Assembly: GCA_032161105.1 (NCBI GenBank)
Contig: JAVHTD010000001.1
Source of the DNA: Candidatus Thermosaccharophagus tengchongensis
GTDB lineage: Bacteria > Armatimonadota > Fervidibacteria > Fervidibacterales > Thermosaccharophagaceae
Reading direction: 5' to 3' (one strand)
Length of the DNA: 64,000 nucleotides
Shown: positions 48,639 through 58,689 of the stretch, in pieces
Position numbering within the stretch: position 1 is the first letter of the stretch
Layout: every line of letters begins with the position of its first letter
The notes under the pieces: generated by a model
Seen by the model: the letters and a program-made list of their open reading frames with translations, nothing else
Databases searched by the model: none
Told to the model about the DNA's origin: nothing
Translations under genes and position numbers: made by a program

Positions 48639-49436
48639 ATGGGTGTGATCATCGTGAGCGGTTGCAATGTTTGGGTTGTCATACCGACATACAACGAGGC
48701 AGATAACATAGCGGCGTTAATTGAGGGAATACACGAACTCGTCCCGCAGGCTCATGTAATCGTCATTGATGACAACTCACCCGACGGGACAGCCGAGATC
48801 GTCAAGTCCATAATGGCAAGGGATAAGCGGGTGCACTTGATCTTTCGTCCGGGAAAGCTCGGGTATGCATCTGCGGTCATTGCCGGGTTGAGGTATGCGC
48901 TCACGCATGGTGCTGACATCGTTGCGCACATGGACGCCGATTTCTCACACGAGCCATCCGTAATCCCGAGGCTGATTGAAGCCATTAATGAGGGGGTTGA
49001 TGTGGCAATTGGCTCAAGGTATGTCAAGGGCGGCAGCGTTGAGAATTGGTCACTGTGGAGGAAAGCCCTCTCTGTGTGTGCAAATTTAGTTGCCAGAACT
49101 TTGCTCGGCTTAAATGTTAGGGATTGCACGAGTGGCTTCAGGTGCTATTCGCGCAACGGGTTGTTAAAGCTTCAACCATGGCTCATCAAAGTTGAGGGGT
49201 ATGGCTTCCTCACAGTCTGCACTTACCTTGCATGTGCTCGTTCGCTTAGCATCGTTGAAGTCCCGATAAGGTTTGAGGATAGGCGGCGCGGCAAATCAAA
49301 GCTTTCAAGGCGGGTCATCCTTGAAGCTGCCGTAGTTGTGTTCAAGCTGGCGATGAGCAGGTTGGGGTTAAAGTGGTTGAGGGCTGATGTCATTGGTGCC
49401 GAAGAAGCCGGGTTAAGTGCATCACCGGAGAGGTGA
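48639..49436 (+). CDS. GT2 polyprenol-monophosphomannose synthase-like glycosyltransferase
   Basis: IPTYNEADNI, IDDNSPDGT, MDADFSH, GSRYVKGG, DCTSGFR, GKSKL. Confidence 0.9.
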   Translation: MGVIIVSGCNVWVVIPTYNEADNIAALIEGIHELVPQAHVIVIDDNSPDGTAEIVKSIMARDKRVHLIFRPGKLGYASAVIAGLRYALTHGADIVAHMDADFSHEPSVIPRLIEAINEGVDVAIGSRYVKGGSVENWSLWRKALSVCANLVARTLLGLNVRDCTSGFRCYSRNGLLKLQPWLIKVEGYGFLTVCTYLACARSLSIVEVPIRFEDRRRGKSKLSRRVILEAAVVVFKLAMSRLGLKWLRADVIGAEEAGLSASPER

Positions 49437-49583
49437 GCGCCATCGGTTTGAGGTGCATCCGATGGCGCAAATTGATGGTGTCCATACAGCGATGCGCTCG
49501 TTCAACATATGCTCAATTATCGGTGACGGAAAAGGCTGTCAAAATATCATGCGAACTTCAACCAAGTGGGTGGTGAGGATGTG

Positions 49584-50594
49584 ATGTGCGGCATCTGTCA
49601 TCGCTTTGGGCGTTTGCTTAGCAGCATCATGCTGTTTGCTGTGTTGATTGCAGTTTTTGGATGTGAGAGGGCGCGTGAGACGCGTGCCGGCAAAAAGGGT
49701 GCTCCCGTTGCGAGGAAGCCGAAGATAGCCGTTGTGCCGAAGGGGGTTGCATTTGACTTTTGGCTCGCTGTCAAAGCCGGCGCTGAAACGGCTGCGAAGG
49801 AGGAGGGAGCGGAGATAATATGGCGTGGTCCGGCGGATGAGACGCAAGTTGAAGCGCAGAAGTCAATCATAGAGAACTTCATAACGCAGCGCGTTGACGC
49901 CATCGTTATGGCGGCGTGCGATGAGAGGGCGCTTGTGCCGACAGTTAAAAGGGCTATGGATGCGGGCATACCAGTCATAACCATTGACTCCGGTCTCAAC
50001 CCAGACATTTCGCTTTGCTTCGTCGCCACCGATAACATCAAAGCTGCAAGAATCGCTGCCGATGTTCTCGCAAAGCTCATCGGGTATGAGGGGAATGTCG
50101 GGTTGATACCGTTTATAAAAGGCGCTGCGACATCAAATCAGCGTGAGCAGGGCTTCAAGGAGGGGCTTAAGAAGTATCCGAAGATAAAGCTCGTCAGTGT
50201 CCTATACTCGCAGAGTAATGCCACCATAGGGATGCAAGTGACAGAAAACATGCTCACTGCGCATCCGGACATAAAGGGCATATTTGCAGCCAATGAGCCG
50301 GGCGCGATAGGATGTGCGAGGGTGCTTGAGCAGCGCGGTCTCAAGGGCAAAGTCAAGCTTGTGGCATTTGACGCATCGCCGACGGAGATTGAGTCGCTCA
50401 AATCGGGCACGATACAGGCTCTCATAGTCCAGAACCCATTTAAGATGGGCTACCTTGGTGTCAAGATGGCGATGAAGGCGATAAGGGGGGAGAAGATTGA
50501 AACAAAGCGCATTGACACGGGCGCAACAGTGGTGACGATGGATAACTTCAACAAGCCGGAGATTCAAAAGCTCCTCTTCCCACCCAAGGGTTAG
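49584..50594 (+). CDS. Sugar ABC transporter substrate-binding lipoprotein (RbsB-like)
   Basis: VFGC lipobox-like; FWLAVKAGA, IPVITIDS, VATDN, GIFAANE, VAFD, VQNPFKMGY. Confidence 0.9.
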   Translation: MCGICHRFGRLLSSIMLFAVLIAVFGCERARETRAGKKGAPVARKPKIAVVPKGVAFDFWLAVKAGAETAAKEEGAEIIWRGPADETQVEAQKSIIENFITQRVDAIVMAACDERALVPTVKRAMDAGIPVITIDSGLNPDISLCFVATDNIKAARIAADVLAKLIGYEGNVGLIPFIKGAATSNQREQGFKEGLKKYPKIKLVSVLYSQSNATIGMQVTENMLTAHPDIKGIFAANEPGAIGCARVLEQRGLKGKVKLVAFDASPTEIESLKSGTIQALIVQNPFKMGYLGVKMAMKAIRGEKIETKRIDTGATVVTMDNFNKPEIQKLLFPPKG

Positions 50595-50614
50595 GTTTAA
50601 GTTGGTGATCGCCT

Positions 50615-51544
50615 ATGAGCCATCCGGGCGAATTTCAGGGCGAGTGTAAGGGCTTTAACGATGCGGGCAGCTCCTCAAACGGAGGTAATGGTTCATCCAG
50701 CGAGGTGCTCATGGAAAAGGATGTTCACGCAGCCGAGATGAATGAGCAGCAATTGGCGACGGCTACTGAGGTGACGACGCAGGTTAGGCAGCCGAAGAAG
50801 CGCAAAAGGCGTCGTCCACCGCCAAACCCGATGAAGGAGATGACATTCATTGAGCACCTCGCTGAGCTGAGAGCGCGCCTAATTCGGTGCTTCATTTATG
50901 CCGCTATTGGGAGTGCTGTTGGGTGGTGGCAGTATGAGCGCATTTGGGAGATCATCATTTTTCCGATACGACCGGCAATGGAGAAGTATGCTATGCCGCT
51001 CGTGTTCTCATCCATCTTTGAGCCGTTGCTTTTCAGGCTGCAGCTTTCCATTGTTGCCGGCATCGCCATTATGGCGCCCCTCATACTTTACGAAGTTGTG
51101 GCGTTCGTGTGGCCGGGACTGCTCCCACATGAAAAGCGCTTTGCCGCCATGCTTATGCCGGCTTCAATTCTGTTCTTCATCGGCGGCATGGTGACGGCTT
51201 ACTTCCTCATACCGATTGCGGCTCTCTTCATGCTTCGCTTCTTGCCGAAGGATGCACAAGTGCTAAACTTTGTTCGGCTATATGCTTGGTCAGTGGCGAA
51301 GATAGCGCTTGCCATGGGCTTCACATTTCAAATGCCACTTGTGTTTATGATGCTCGCCAAGATGGGCTTGGTCTCATCAAGGGCATTGATAAGCAAGTGG
51401 CGGCATGCCATCATCGCCATACTCACGGTGAGTGCCGTGGTCACTCCGACGATAGACCCGCTCAACATGATGCTCCTTGCTGCGCCTATACTCTTCCTTT
51501 ACCTGCTCAGCATAATTCTCGTGCTCTGGGTGGAGCGTAGATGA
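50615..51544 (+). CDS. tatC: Twin-arginine translocase subunit TatC
   Basis: EMTFIEHLAELRARL, FVWPGL..HEKR, FQMP, AVVTPTID. Confidence 0.95.
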   Translation: MSHPGEFQGECKGFNDAGSSSNGGNGSSSEVLMEKDVHAAEMNEQQLATATEVTTQVRQPKKRKRRRPPPNPMKEMTFIEHLAELRARLIRCFIYAAIGSAVGWWQYERIWEIIIFPIRPAMEKYAMPLVFSSIFEPLLFRLQLSIVAGIAIMAPLILYEVVAFVWPGLLPHEKRFAAMLMPASILFFIGGMVTAYFLIPIAALFMLRFLPKDAQVLNFVRLYAWSVAKIALAMGFTFQMPLVFMMLAKMGLVSSRALISKWRHAIIAILTVSAVVTPTIDPLNMMLLAAPILFLYLLSIILVLWVERR

Positions 51545-53892
51545 ACCGTTCATCATGGCAAGACCTTTTGAGCGAGCTCCGCGAGCAAAAGTGGTATCGT
51601 GGTCAGATGCGGCATGTTGAGTTTCAACCGGCAAGGAACGCACAATACGGCGAGCCGACATCGCAAGTTCATCCAAAGGTTGCCGAAGCCCTTAAGGAGA
51701 TCGGTGTGGGAAGGCTATACAAACATCAGGCTCGGGCAGTGGACGCCATCAACTCCGGAAAGCACACGATCATTGTGACTGGAGTGGCTTCGGGAAAGAC
51801 GCTGTGCTACAACATACCAGTGCTGAGCAAGTTGCTCAGTGAGCCGGGCACAACCGCATTTTACATCTTTCCGACAAAGGCTCTCTCCCAGGATCAGCTC
51901 CGCAGGTTGAAGGAGTTGAAGTTGGGCGAGCTTGTCCCGGCGGGCGTATACGATGGCGACACACCGATAGCGGAGCGAAGGAGGATTCGCGAAGTCTGCA
52001 GCCTCGTATTCACAAACCCGGACATGCTCCATTCCGGCATATTGCCGAACCATAAGCTTTGGCGCAGGTTCTTAAGGGGGTTAAAGTTCGTCGTCCTTGA
52101 CGAGCTGCATGTTTATCGCGGTGTCTTCGGAATGCATGTCGCCTCAATCATCCGGCGCTTGAAAAGACTGTGTGAGCTGTATGGCTCATCGCCGTTGTTC
52201 ATCGGCGCATCCGCGACGGTGGGCAACCCGCACGAGCTCGCTGAGGCTCTCTTTGGCGTTGAATGTGAGGTCGTCTCGGATGACACCGGTCAGTTTTATG
52301 GCAGGGTTTTCGTTCTCTGGGAGCCGCCGTGCTTGCCCGACGGCGTTAGGGTCGGGGCGATGACTGAAGCTGTGCGCCTGCTCACATTCCTCATGATGCG
52401 AGGCATACGGACGATAGTCTTCGCACGGTCAAGAGCCGCAGTTGAGTTGCTGCTGCGCTATGCAAGGGAGGAGTTAGCCAAACTCAAACCCAGATTGGTT
52501 AACAAGGTCATCTCATACCGTGCCGGCTACTTGCCGCAGGAGCGCAGGCTCATTGAGCGCATGTTGGCTAATGGCGATTTACTCTCGGTCATCGCCACGA
52601 CTGCCCTTGAACTCGGAATTGACATTGGACACCTTGATGCCGCCATACTCGTTGGCTATCCGGGTAGCATTGCAAGCACTATGCAACAGGCTGGAAGAGC
52701 CGGCAGGATTAGGGAGGGTCTCGCCATACTCATAGCCACGGGCAACCCAGTTGACCAATACATCATCAACCATCCCGAATACATCTTCGGAAGACCGACC
52801 GAAAGGGCAATCGTCAATGTGAACAACTTATACATCCTCGCATCGCATCTCCTTTGCGCTGCATGTGAAGAGCCGCTCACTGATGGCGATGTAACTCACT
52901 TTGGTGGGAGTGCCTTACGAATCCTTGAGGTGTTGTCTGAGGAAAAGCTGCTGGTCAAGGTGAGGTCTGGCGGGACGGGAAAGGTTTGGTATCTTTGGAA
53001 TGCCGATGGTCGCCCGCACGATCAGATAAGCATAAGGTCAATCACGGGAAGCGAGTATGAGATACGGGATGTCTCAAGGGGCAACTTGCTTATAGGGACG
53101 GTTGATGAGGCGAGGGCATTTGCGACCATTCATGAGGGCGCAATCTACCTTCACGCCGGCGAATCATATCGCGTGATGCAGCTTGACATTGACGGGAGAA
53201 CGGCATTCGTAAAGCCATTTGAGGGCGATGAATATACAGTTCCGCTATCTCGGGCGGAGGTGGAGATAACGAAGCCGTTGAGGGAATGGCATGGCTGGCT
53301 CTCAAAGGCATGGTTTGGTGAAGCTAAGATCAGGCAGCGCGTCGTCGGTTATAGGCGCATGAGGATGCGCACTAATGAAGTGATTGAGGTAAAGCCGCTC
53401 AACCTGCCAGAGGTGGAGTATGAGACAGCGGCGCTTTGGATTGTCCCCGATGATGCTGTGCTATCCCACATCCAGCTAAATGGGTTTGACACGATGGGCT
53501 CATTGCATGCAGCGGAGCATGCCCTTGTGGCGTTCATGCCTCTTATAGCTGTATGCGATGAGAGGGATGTGGGCGGCGTTTCATACATGGTTCATCCGCA
53601 AGTTGGGTGTGCGGCAATCTTCATCTACGACGGTTATCCCGGAGGGGCTGGCTTCAGCGAAGCCGCATTTGAATGCATTGAGGGACTCCTAACGGGTGCT
53701 GCCGAGATGATTGAAAAGTGCCCATGCGTAAGCGGTTGCCCATCATGCGTCCAATCACCATCGTGCGGAAACAACAACCACCCGTTGGACAAGGGCGGCG
53801 CCAAAGTGCTGCTCAGGTGTTTGCTAAAAGCCGATTTGGCAGCATCAATGTCATTCGGCTCATCTTTGCGTCATGCCAAAGAGGAGCAGTGA
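51541..53892 (+). CDS. DEAD/DEAH-box helicase with C-terminal DUF1998 (MrfA/YprA/SftH/Hrq1-like)
   Basis: ASGKTL, TNPDMLH, DELHVYRGVFG, SAT, ALELGIDIG, QQAGRAGR, IYDGYPGGAG, CPCVSGCPSC. Confidence 0.93.
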   Translation: MNRSSWQDLLSELREQKWYRGQMRHVEFQPARNAQYGEPTSQVHPKVAEALKEIGVGRLYKHQARAVDAINSGKHTIIVTGVASGKTLCYNIPVLSKLLSEPGTTAFYIFPTKALSQDQLRRLKELKLGELVPAGVYDGDTPIAERRRIREVCSLVFTNPDMLHSGILPNHKLWRRFLRGLKFVVLDELHVYRGVFGMHVASIIRRLKRLCELYGSSPLFIGASATVGNPHELAEALFGVECEVVSDDTGQFYGRVFVLWEPPCLPDGVRVGAMTEAVRLLTFLMMRGIRTIVFARSRAAVELLLRYAREELAKLKPRLVNKVISYRAGYLPQERRLIERMLANGDLLSVIATTALELGIDIGHLDAAILVGYPGSIASTMQQAGRAGRIREGLAILIATGNPVDQYIINHPEYIFGRPTERAIVNVNNLYILASHLLCAACEEPLTDGDVTHFGGSALRILEVLSEEKLLVKVRSGGTGKVWYLWNADGRPHDQISIRSITGSEYEIRDVSRGNLLIGTVDEARAFATIHEGAIYLHAGESYRVMQLDIDGRTAFVKPFEGDEYTVPLSRAEVEITKPLREWHGWLSKAWFGEAKIRQRVVGYRRMRMRTNEVIEVKPLNLPEVEYETAALWIVPDDAVLSHIQLNGFDTMGSLHAAEHALVAFMPLIAVCDERDVGGVSYMVHPQVGCAAIFIYDGYPGGAGFSEAAFECIEGLLTGAAEMIEKCPCVSGCPSCVQSPSCGNNNHPLDKGGAKVLLRCLLKADLAASMSFGSSLRHAKEEQ

Positions 53893-54012
53893 GATGCACC
53901 TTGAGGTTGTTGGGGCAGCCTTGATTCGTTGACCGATCCGCACGGCTGCGCAATCTTGCAAGTGCTGCTTGCAGCACAAGATGGTTAAGGGATGCCATCG
54001 GGGATGATGTGA

Positions 54013-56664
54013 ATGCACTGCACGGCTCGCATGAGGGCGCTTTGCGAAGATGCGGCTGAGAGGCACTATGAGGGGCGCATTCAATTTAAGTTTGGTAGAT
54101 GGCTCTCGAACTGGCTCATCCTTTTAATCTATCTCGCCGTCCCTGTGGTTTGTGCTGAGGCGCATCAAGCCAGCGTCTTTCGTGGCGAGAACGGGAAAGC
54201 ACAATTCGTCATTGATGGCAAACCGACAGCGCTATTCTTCGCGCGCGGGTTGAACTCACCCGATGAACTTAAGGCATACAAGGAAGCCGGCTTCAACACC
54301 ATTTGGATTGACCTGAGCTATAGCCAAGATGCGCTTGAACAGATCTCGGAAGCTGAGAGGCTGCTTGAGGCTGCTAATGGTGAAGGGTTGTTTGCGGTTG
54401 TGTGCATTGATGCCAAGCCGCCAAAAGGCATTCCCATGTCCGTTTATGATGAGCGCTATATCCACTTTGTGCGTCAGTGGCTCACTCAGGCTGTCAGGCG
54501 GCTCAGCCGACACAGGGGCATAGTTGCGTGGGCGACAACCAACTTCCCGGATGAGCGTGCCGCCGAATGCGGTGGATACAGCGACGACGGCTTCAGGTCA
54601 TACCTCATTCACACTTATGGTGACTTGAAAACGCTCTCCACCGCCTTTGGGGTGCCGATATCTAACTTGCTCGCTCTAACTCAGGAGGGCGCAATGCGCC
54701 TTGATGACCTTCAATCGCCAACGCATTACGGACATGCGTCCATTTCGGGAGCCGTTTACAGGTGGAGCTCGCTGAAGTGGCTCATGTGGTTTTGGGGGAG
54801 GGTAATTCGCGATGCCGACGGCAGCCGCCCGCTGATAACTGGCTTGCTCTCAACCTACCGCAGCATTGCGAGTGTGCCATCAATTTACGATGGCATCGTC
54901 ACAGCAGCATTTCCGCATGCGTGCGAACCCGATTTGCAATCGCACAATGCTCATGCGGTTTCAATTGGCAGGCGCGGAAACGCCTCCATCGTCATTCCGG
55001 TGCTCGCATCGCAGCTTGGCAAAAGCAAGGTATCGCTGTTGCAACTCATTCACTGGGTGCAGCTTGCGGCGTTGAATGGCGCATGCGGGATCGGGTTCAA
55101 TTCGTGGCAGCCATTCAAGTCGGACGAGCAATTGAGAAAAGGTCTTTCGGAGCTGCTGGGCGAGCTCACCGAAACCGGCATATGGCGTGCTGCGCCGATG
55201 ACACACGCTGCCATCCTCTACATCCCATTTGCCGAGGGTGTCGTTCAAGACGGAATGCCCCTTTACGGCTACGCCACACCATGCGGTCATGTGGATGCGC
55301 AGCCGCAGCGCTTGATTTTCGGCGAGCCGAATGCCCTATTCAACGCCTTCAAACTCGGAACGCGCTACGGGCAAGTTGATTGTCTGACCGTTGACTCTCT
55401 ACAGCGCATCAATCCATTGCGCTATAGAGTGATCCTGATGCCATCGCCGTTATTCATCTCACCGCGTGTAGTTGGGCAGACTGGCGAACTGCTTTATGGC
55501 TTCGGGATGCCCATGCCGCCGCCTCACCTTCGCGAATTGGGCTTTGGCGATGAGCCGCTTAACATGCTCCCTCAATGGCTGACGAACTTCGTCGCAAACG
55601 GCGGCGTGCTCATCTCGGACATCGGTGCGAGTTTATCCCCAGCTGGTGAGGCATTCAGGCTAATGCCGCAGGACTTCGCAAAGCTGTTCGGTGTAGCCGG
55701 TGCGAGGATGCTCATCGTTGATCCGAACTTGGCGCTCGGAATGAGCATACTGTTCCCTCACCCGCTATTTCCATCGCTCACGGAGGGCTACATTCTCGGT
55801 GATGGTGAGATGCCGTTCAGAACGATTGCGGCAGTCTTGCGCTTCATGGGCGCGCATCCATATGCGCTAATGATGCGCACGCCGAGGCGCACAAGAAGGA
55901 TAACGAGTGAGGCTGTGGCAATGTGCATCAACCGGTTTGGTAATGGGTTTGCGATCTATGCTCCGACGCTGCTTTGGGCGAATTGGAACACGGCTTCAAG
56001 GAGCTTTGAAGCGTTTCATGGTGACTTGTTGAGAAGGGGTTCGCAAATTGAGCTGCTATCATCGCCGAATTTAATTGACAGCCGGTTGGGCGTTGCGCTG
56101 TTTGACGGTGGCATTGCTGTGGTGAACTCCTCCAATGCAACCCAGCTCGCCTCCATCGGCATTGATGCCAATGTGTATGGTGCAGCTACGCTCACAAGCG
56201 CTTGCACGGAATTCCCAACTGGTGCCAGTTCAAGGCGCATCATCATTCACAAGTTTGTCCAACCGCACGAGCTGGCATTCATCAAGCCATTGCCGATTGC
56301 AGTTGATTGCAAGGGCAGGTTCGTGGCGGTCGTTCAAAGATACGCTAAAGATGGCATCTCCATCTCGCTTTACGGGAGCGATGCGACCATCGGCACTTTG
56401 GATGGCAGGTTAGCTGTAAGCGCAGCTAAGCCGGCGAGGTTTGCTCTCACGATATCGTCTGGCGAGTATGAAATCAAACCGGGCTCAAGGCATGCCATTT
56501 CAATCTCAAGCGCGTCAGGTCTTGAACACGATGTCGGTGGAAAGCCAGCCGAGGGAATCATTTCGGCTGATGCTGATGGCAGATTGAGGCTTGAGGTTAG
56601 CGGTGCCATCGTTCACATCGCCGTGCATGTGGCTGGGCGGGATTCAACGCCGCAACCGAATTGA
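54013..56664 (+). CDS. Secreted GH42/beta-galactosidase-like TIM-barrel protein (start uncertain)
   Basis: AGFNTI, HRGIVAW, FRSYL..YGDLKTL..AFG, and an FVANGGVLI trimerisation-type segment. Confidence 0.6.
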   Translation: MHCTARMRALCEDAAERHYEGRIQFKFGRWLSNWLILLIYLAVPVVCAEAHQASVFRGENGKAQFVIDGKPTALFFARGLNSPDELKAYKEAGFNTIWIDLSYSQDALEQISEAERLLEAANGEGLFAVVCIDAKPPKGIPMSVYDERYIHFVRQWLTQAVRRLSRHRGIVAWATTNFPDERAAECGGYSDDGFRSYLIHTYGDLKTLSTAFGVPISNLLALTQEGAMRLDDLQSPTHYGHASISGAVYRWSSLKWLMWFWGRVIRDADGSRPLITGLLSTYRSIASVPSIYDGIVTAAFPHACEPDLQSHNAHAVSIGRRGNASIVIPVLASQLGKSKVSLLQLIHWVQLAALNGACGIGFNSWQPFKSDEQLRKGLSELLGELTETGIWRAAPMTHAAILYIPFAEGVVQDGMPLYGYATPCGHVDAQPQRLIFGEPNALFNAFKLGTRYGQVDCLTVDSLQRINPLRYRVILMPSPLFISPRVVGQTGELLYGFGMPMPPPHLRELGFGDEPLNMLPQWLTNFVANGGVLISDIGASLSPAGEAFRLMPQDFAKLFGVAGARMLIVDPNLALGMSILFPHPLFPSLTEGYILGDGEMPFRTIAAVLRFMGAHPYALMMRTPRRTRRITSEAVAMCINRFGNGFAIYAPTLLWANWNTASRSFEAFHGDLLRRGSQIELLSSPNLIDSRLGVALFDGGIAVVNSSNATQLASIGIDANVYGAATLTSACTEFPTGASSRRIIIHKFVQPHELAFIKPLPIAVDCKGRFVAVVQRYAKDGISISLYGSDATIGTLDGRLAVSAAKPARFALTISSGEYEIKPGSRHAISISSASGLEHDVGGKPAEGIISADADGRLRLEVSGAIVHIAVHVAGRDSTPQPN

Positions 56665-56676
56665 GCACACCAAGGG

Positions 56677-58689
56677 GTGAGAGTGTCCGTGATGCGATTC
56701 ACCAGATCAAGCAGTGACTTCCTTTTGCTGTGGCTCCTCATCGGCATCGGTGTGATTGTCTCACTATATGCCGGGGCGAGTCGGTGGATGGTTGAGAGGG
56801 AAAATCAAACGGTTGCCATTGTGCTTGACTGCAATGAGTTGCAGCGCTTGGGGGCGCTCTCGGGGAAAAGGCTCGGCGAGCTGCTGAACGAATTTAAGCG
56901 CTGCGGGGCTGTGGGCGTTGCAGTGACGGAGATGAGGTTGAGCGATTTGGTCTCGTCGGGTGATGTTGCCATTCTGCCGAGGGCATTATGGGGCACGGTC
57001 ATGGGGCAAGCCGGGAGCTTGAGATGGAAGCCGCAAGATAACAGCATCATGCTCTCGTCGGGAGATTATGCCCTCTTGAAGGCTTTGCATTCGGCGCTCA
57101 GGGCGAAGGTCGGAAGGGACATGTGCAAGCTCATGCTCTCGCACGATGGCGCAGTGCTTTTTGGCAATGCGATGTTGTCCTACATTGGCTCCGAGGGGCT
57201 CGGGATTAATCCGAGGGTAGCTGCCGCGATAAGGGCATCGGGCTTGAGCGTAGTTGCGCGCCTCTCAAACACGCAGCAGCTCACGGATGAGTGGCTCAAC
57301 TATGTCCTGCGGCAAGCCAAGTCAAATGGCGCTGCGCTTTTGGTCTTTGACGGTGAAGAGGTGCTCGGATACAGGGAGCGAATAGGCGATGTCGCAAGGG
57401 CGATGCGAAGGAATGGTCTCTTGATGGCGACGATTGAGTTTGCAAAGCAGCGCGGTGAGCAAAGCCTTGCAAGGGAGCTTGATGGCGCTGTTGTGCGCTT
57501 GCACAGCATAACAAAGCAGGAGATGGCTTTGCAGGCGCACGGGCAGGTCATCCAAAGGTTTGTGAGGGCGGTCTTTGAGCGCGGCATTAGGGTCTGTTAC
57601 ATTCGCATGCCGACGGGGGCTGCAAGCGATTCATTGGAGAGCGCCGGGAGATTAGTCAAGGGGTTAAGCGATGCGCTGCATGCTCGTGGTTTCAGGCTGG
57701 GCATGCCAAAGCCGCTTAAGCAGCCAATGCCAAACAAAGCCGTTCGCATTTTCACGGTGGCAGTCAGTTCAGTAGCAGCCATTGCCGGCTTCGTGCTACT
57801 TCTCGCCGTCGCTTTGCCATCGAGCGCTTCAGCGAGACTTGAACTCCTCTTTGCGTTAAGCGCTATCGCAATAGCATGCTCAATTGCGCTGCACTCCGTT
57901 TGGGTGTTGCTCTGCGCCCTTGCCGTTGCGCTCACTTTCCCAATTCTGGCAGCGTGCGTTGTCCTACAGGAGCATGACAGCGCTGGTGAATCGGACTTGC
58001 GCGATTTGCGTGGATGCATATCGTTGGCTACGGTTAAATTTGCTGCGTGCTCAGCTGTGACATTGTGCGGTGCTGCATTGATCGTCAGCTTGCTCTGCGA
58101 TAGGCGATTCATGGTTGCCGTTGAGCAATTTCGTGGCGTGAAGGTATCGCAGCTCTTCCCGATGCTCATTTTGGCGGTAATGTTGATCAGCGGGTGGTTG
58201 AACGGCGACGATGCGGATTTGCATTTGCGCTTTGAGGCTTCCTTGCGGAGGCTTAAAGGGATGTTCACCTCACCAGTGCTTTGGTGGCATGCCGCAATAA
58301 GCCTCGCTGTCTTGGCGGCTGGGGCATATTGGCTCATACGCACCGGAAACATTGTTCCCGAGGCTGCGCCAACATGGGAGCTCAAGCTCAGGGAGTTGCT
58401 TGAGCGCATGCTCGTTGTCCGCCCAAGATTCAAAGAGGCGTTTATAGGTCATCCGATGCTCATGTTGGCATTCGGGTTGAGAGCGTTAGGGATGAGGCAA
58501 GCAAGCATTCCGCTGTTGCTCGTCGGCTTCATTGGGCAGCTCTCAATGCTGAACACATTCACGCATGTTCACACACCGCTTTGCGTATCGCTTCTGAGGA
58601 CTGCACACGGGCTTTGGATTGGATGGCTCATTGGCTCATTGGCATTAGCGGCGGTTGGCTTCCCAATCGTGAAGGGGAAACGGCAATGA
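56677..58689 (+). CDS. DUF5693 family membrane protein
   Basis: RWMVERENQTV, IEFAKQRG, RAVFER, QFRGVK, RTGN, RPRFKEAFIGHP, NTFTHVHTP; upstream of csaB. Confidence 0.85.
   Translation: MRVSVMRFTRSSSDFLLLWLLIGIGVIVSLYAGASRWMVERENQTVAIVLDCNELQRLGALSGKRLGELLNEFKRCGAVGVAVTEMRLSDLVSSGDVAILPRALWGTVMGQAGSLRWKPQDNSIMLSSGDYALLKALHSALRAKVGRDMCKLMLSHDGAVLFGNAMLSYIGSEGLGINPRVAAAIRASGLSVVARLSNTQQLTDEWLNYVLRQAKSNGAALLVFDGEEVLGYRERIGDVARAMRRNGLLMATIEFAKQRGEQSLARELDGAVVRLHSITKQEMALQAHGQVIQRFVRAVFERGIRVCYIRMPTGAASDSLESAGRLVKGLSDALHARGFRLGMPKPLKQPMPNKAVRIFTVAVSSVAAIAGFVLLLAVALPSSASARLELLFALSAIAIACSIALHSVWVLLCALAVALTFPILAACVVLQEHDSAGESDLRDLRGCISLATVKFAACSAVTLCGAALIVSLLCDRRFMVAVEQFRGVKVSQLFPMLILAVMLISGWLNGDDADLHLRFEASLRRLKGMFTSPVLWWHAAISLAVLAAGAYWLIRTGNIVPEAAPTWELKLRELLERMLVVRPRFKEAFIGHPMLMLAFGLRALGMRQASIPLLLVGFIGQLSMLNTFTHVHTPLCVSLLRTAHGLWIGWLIGSLALAAVGFPIVKGKRQ

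Noticed and set aside
51541..53892. DISARM/Druantia-type defence helicase
   Set aside because: Single-chain MrfA/Hrq1-like architecture in a housekeeping context, with no methylase or other defence genes nearby.
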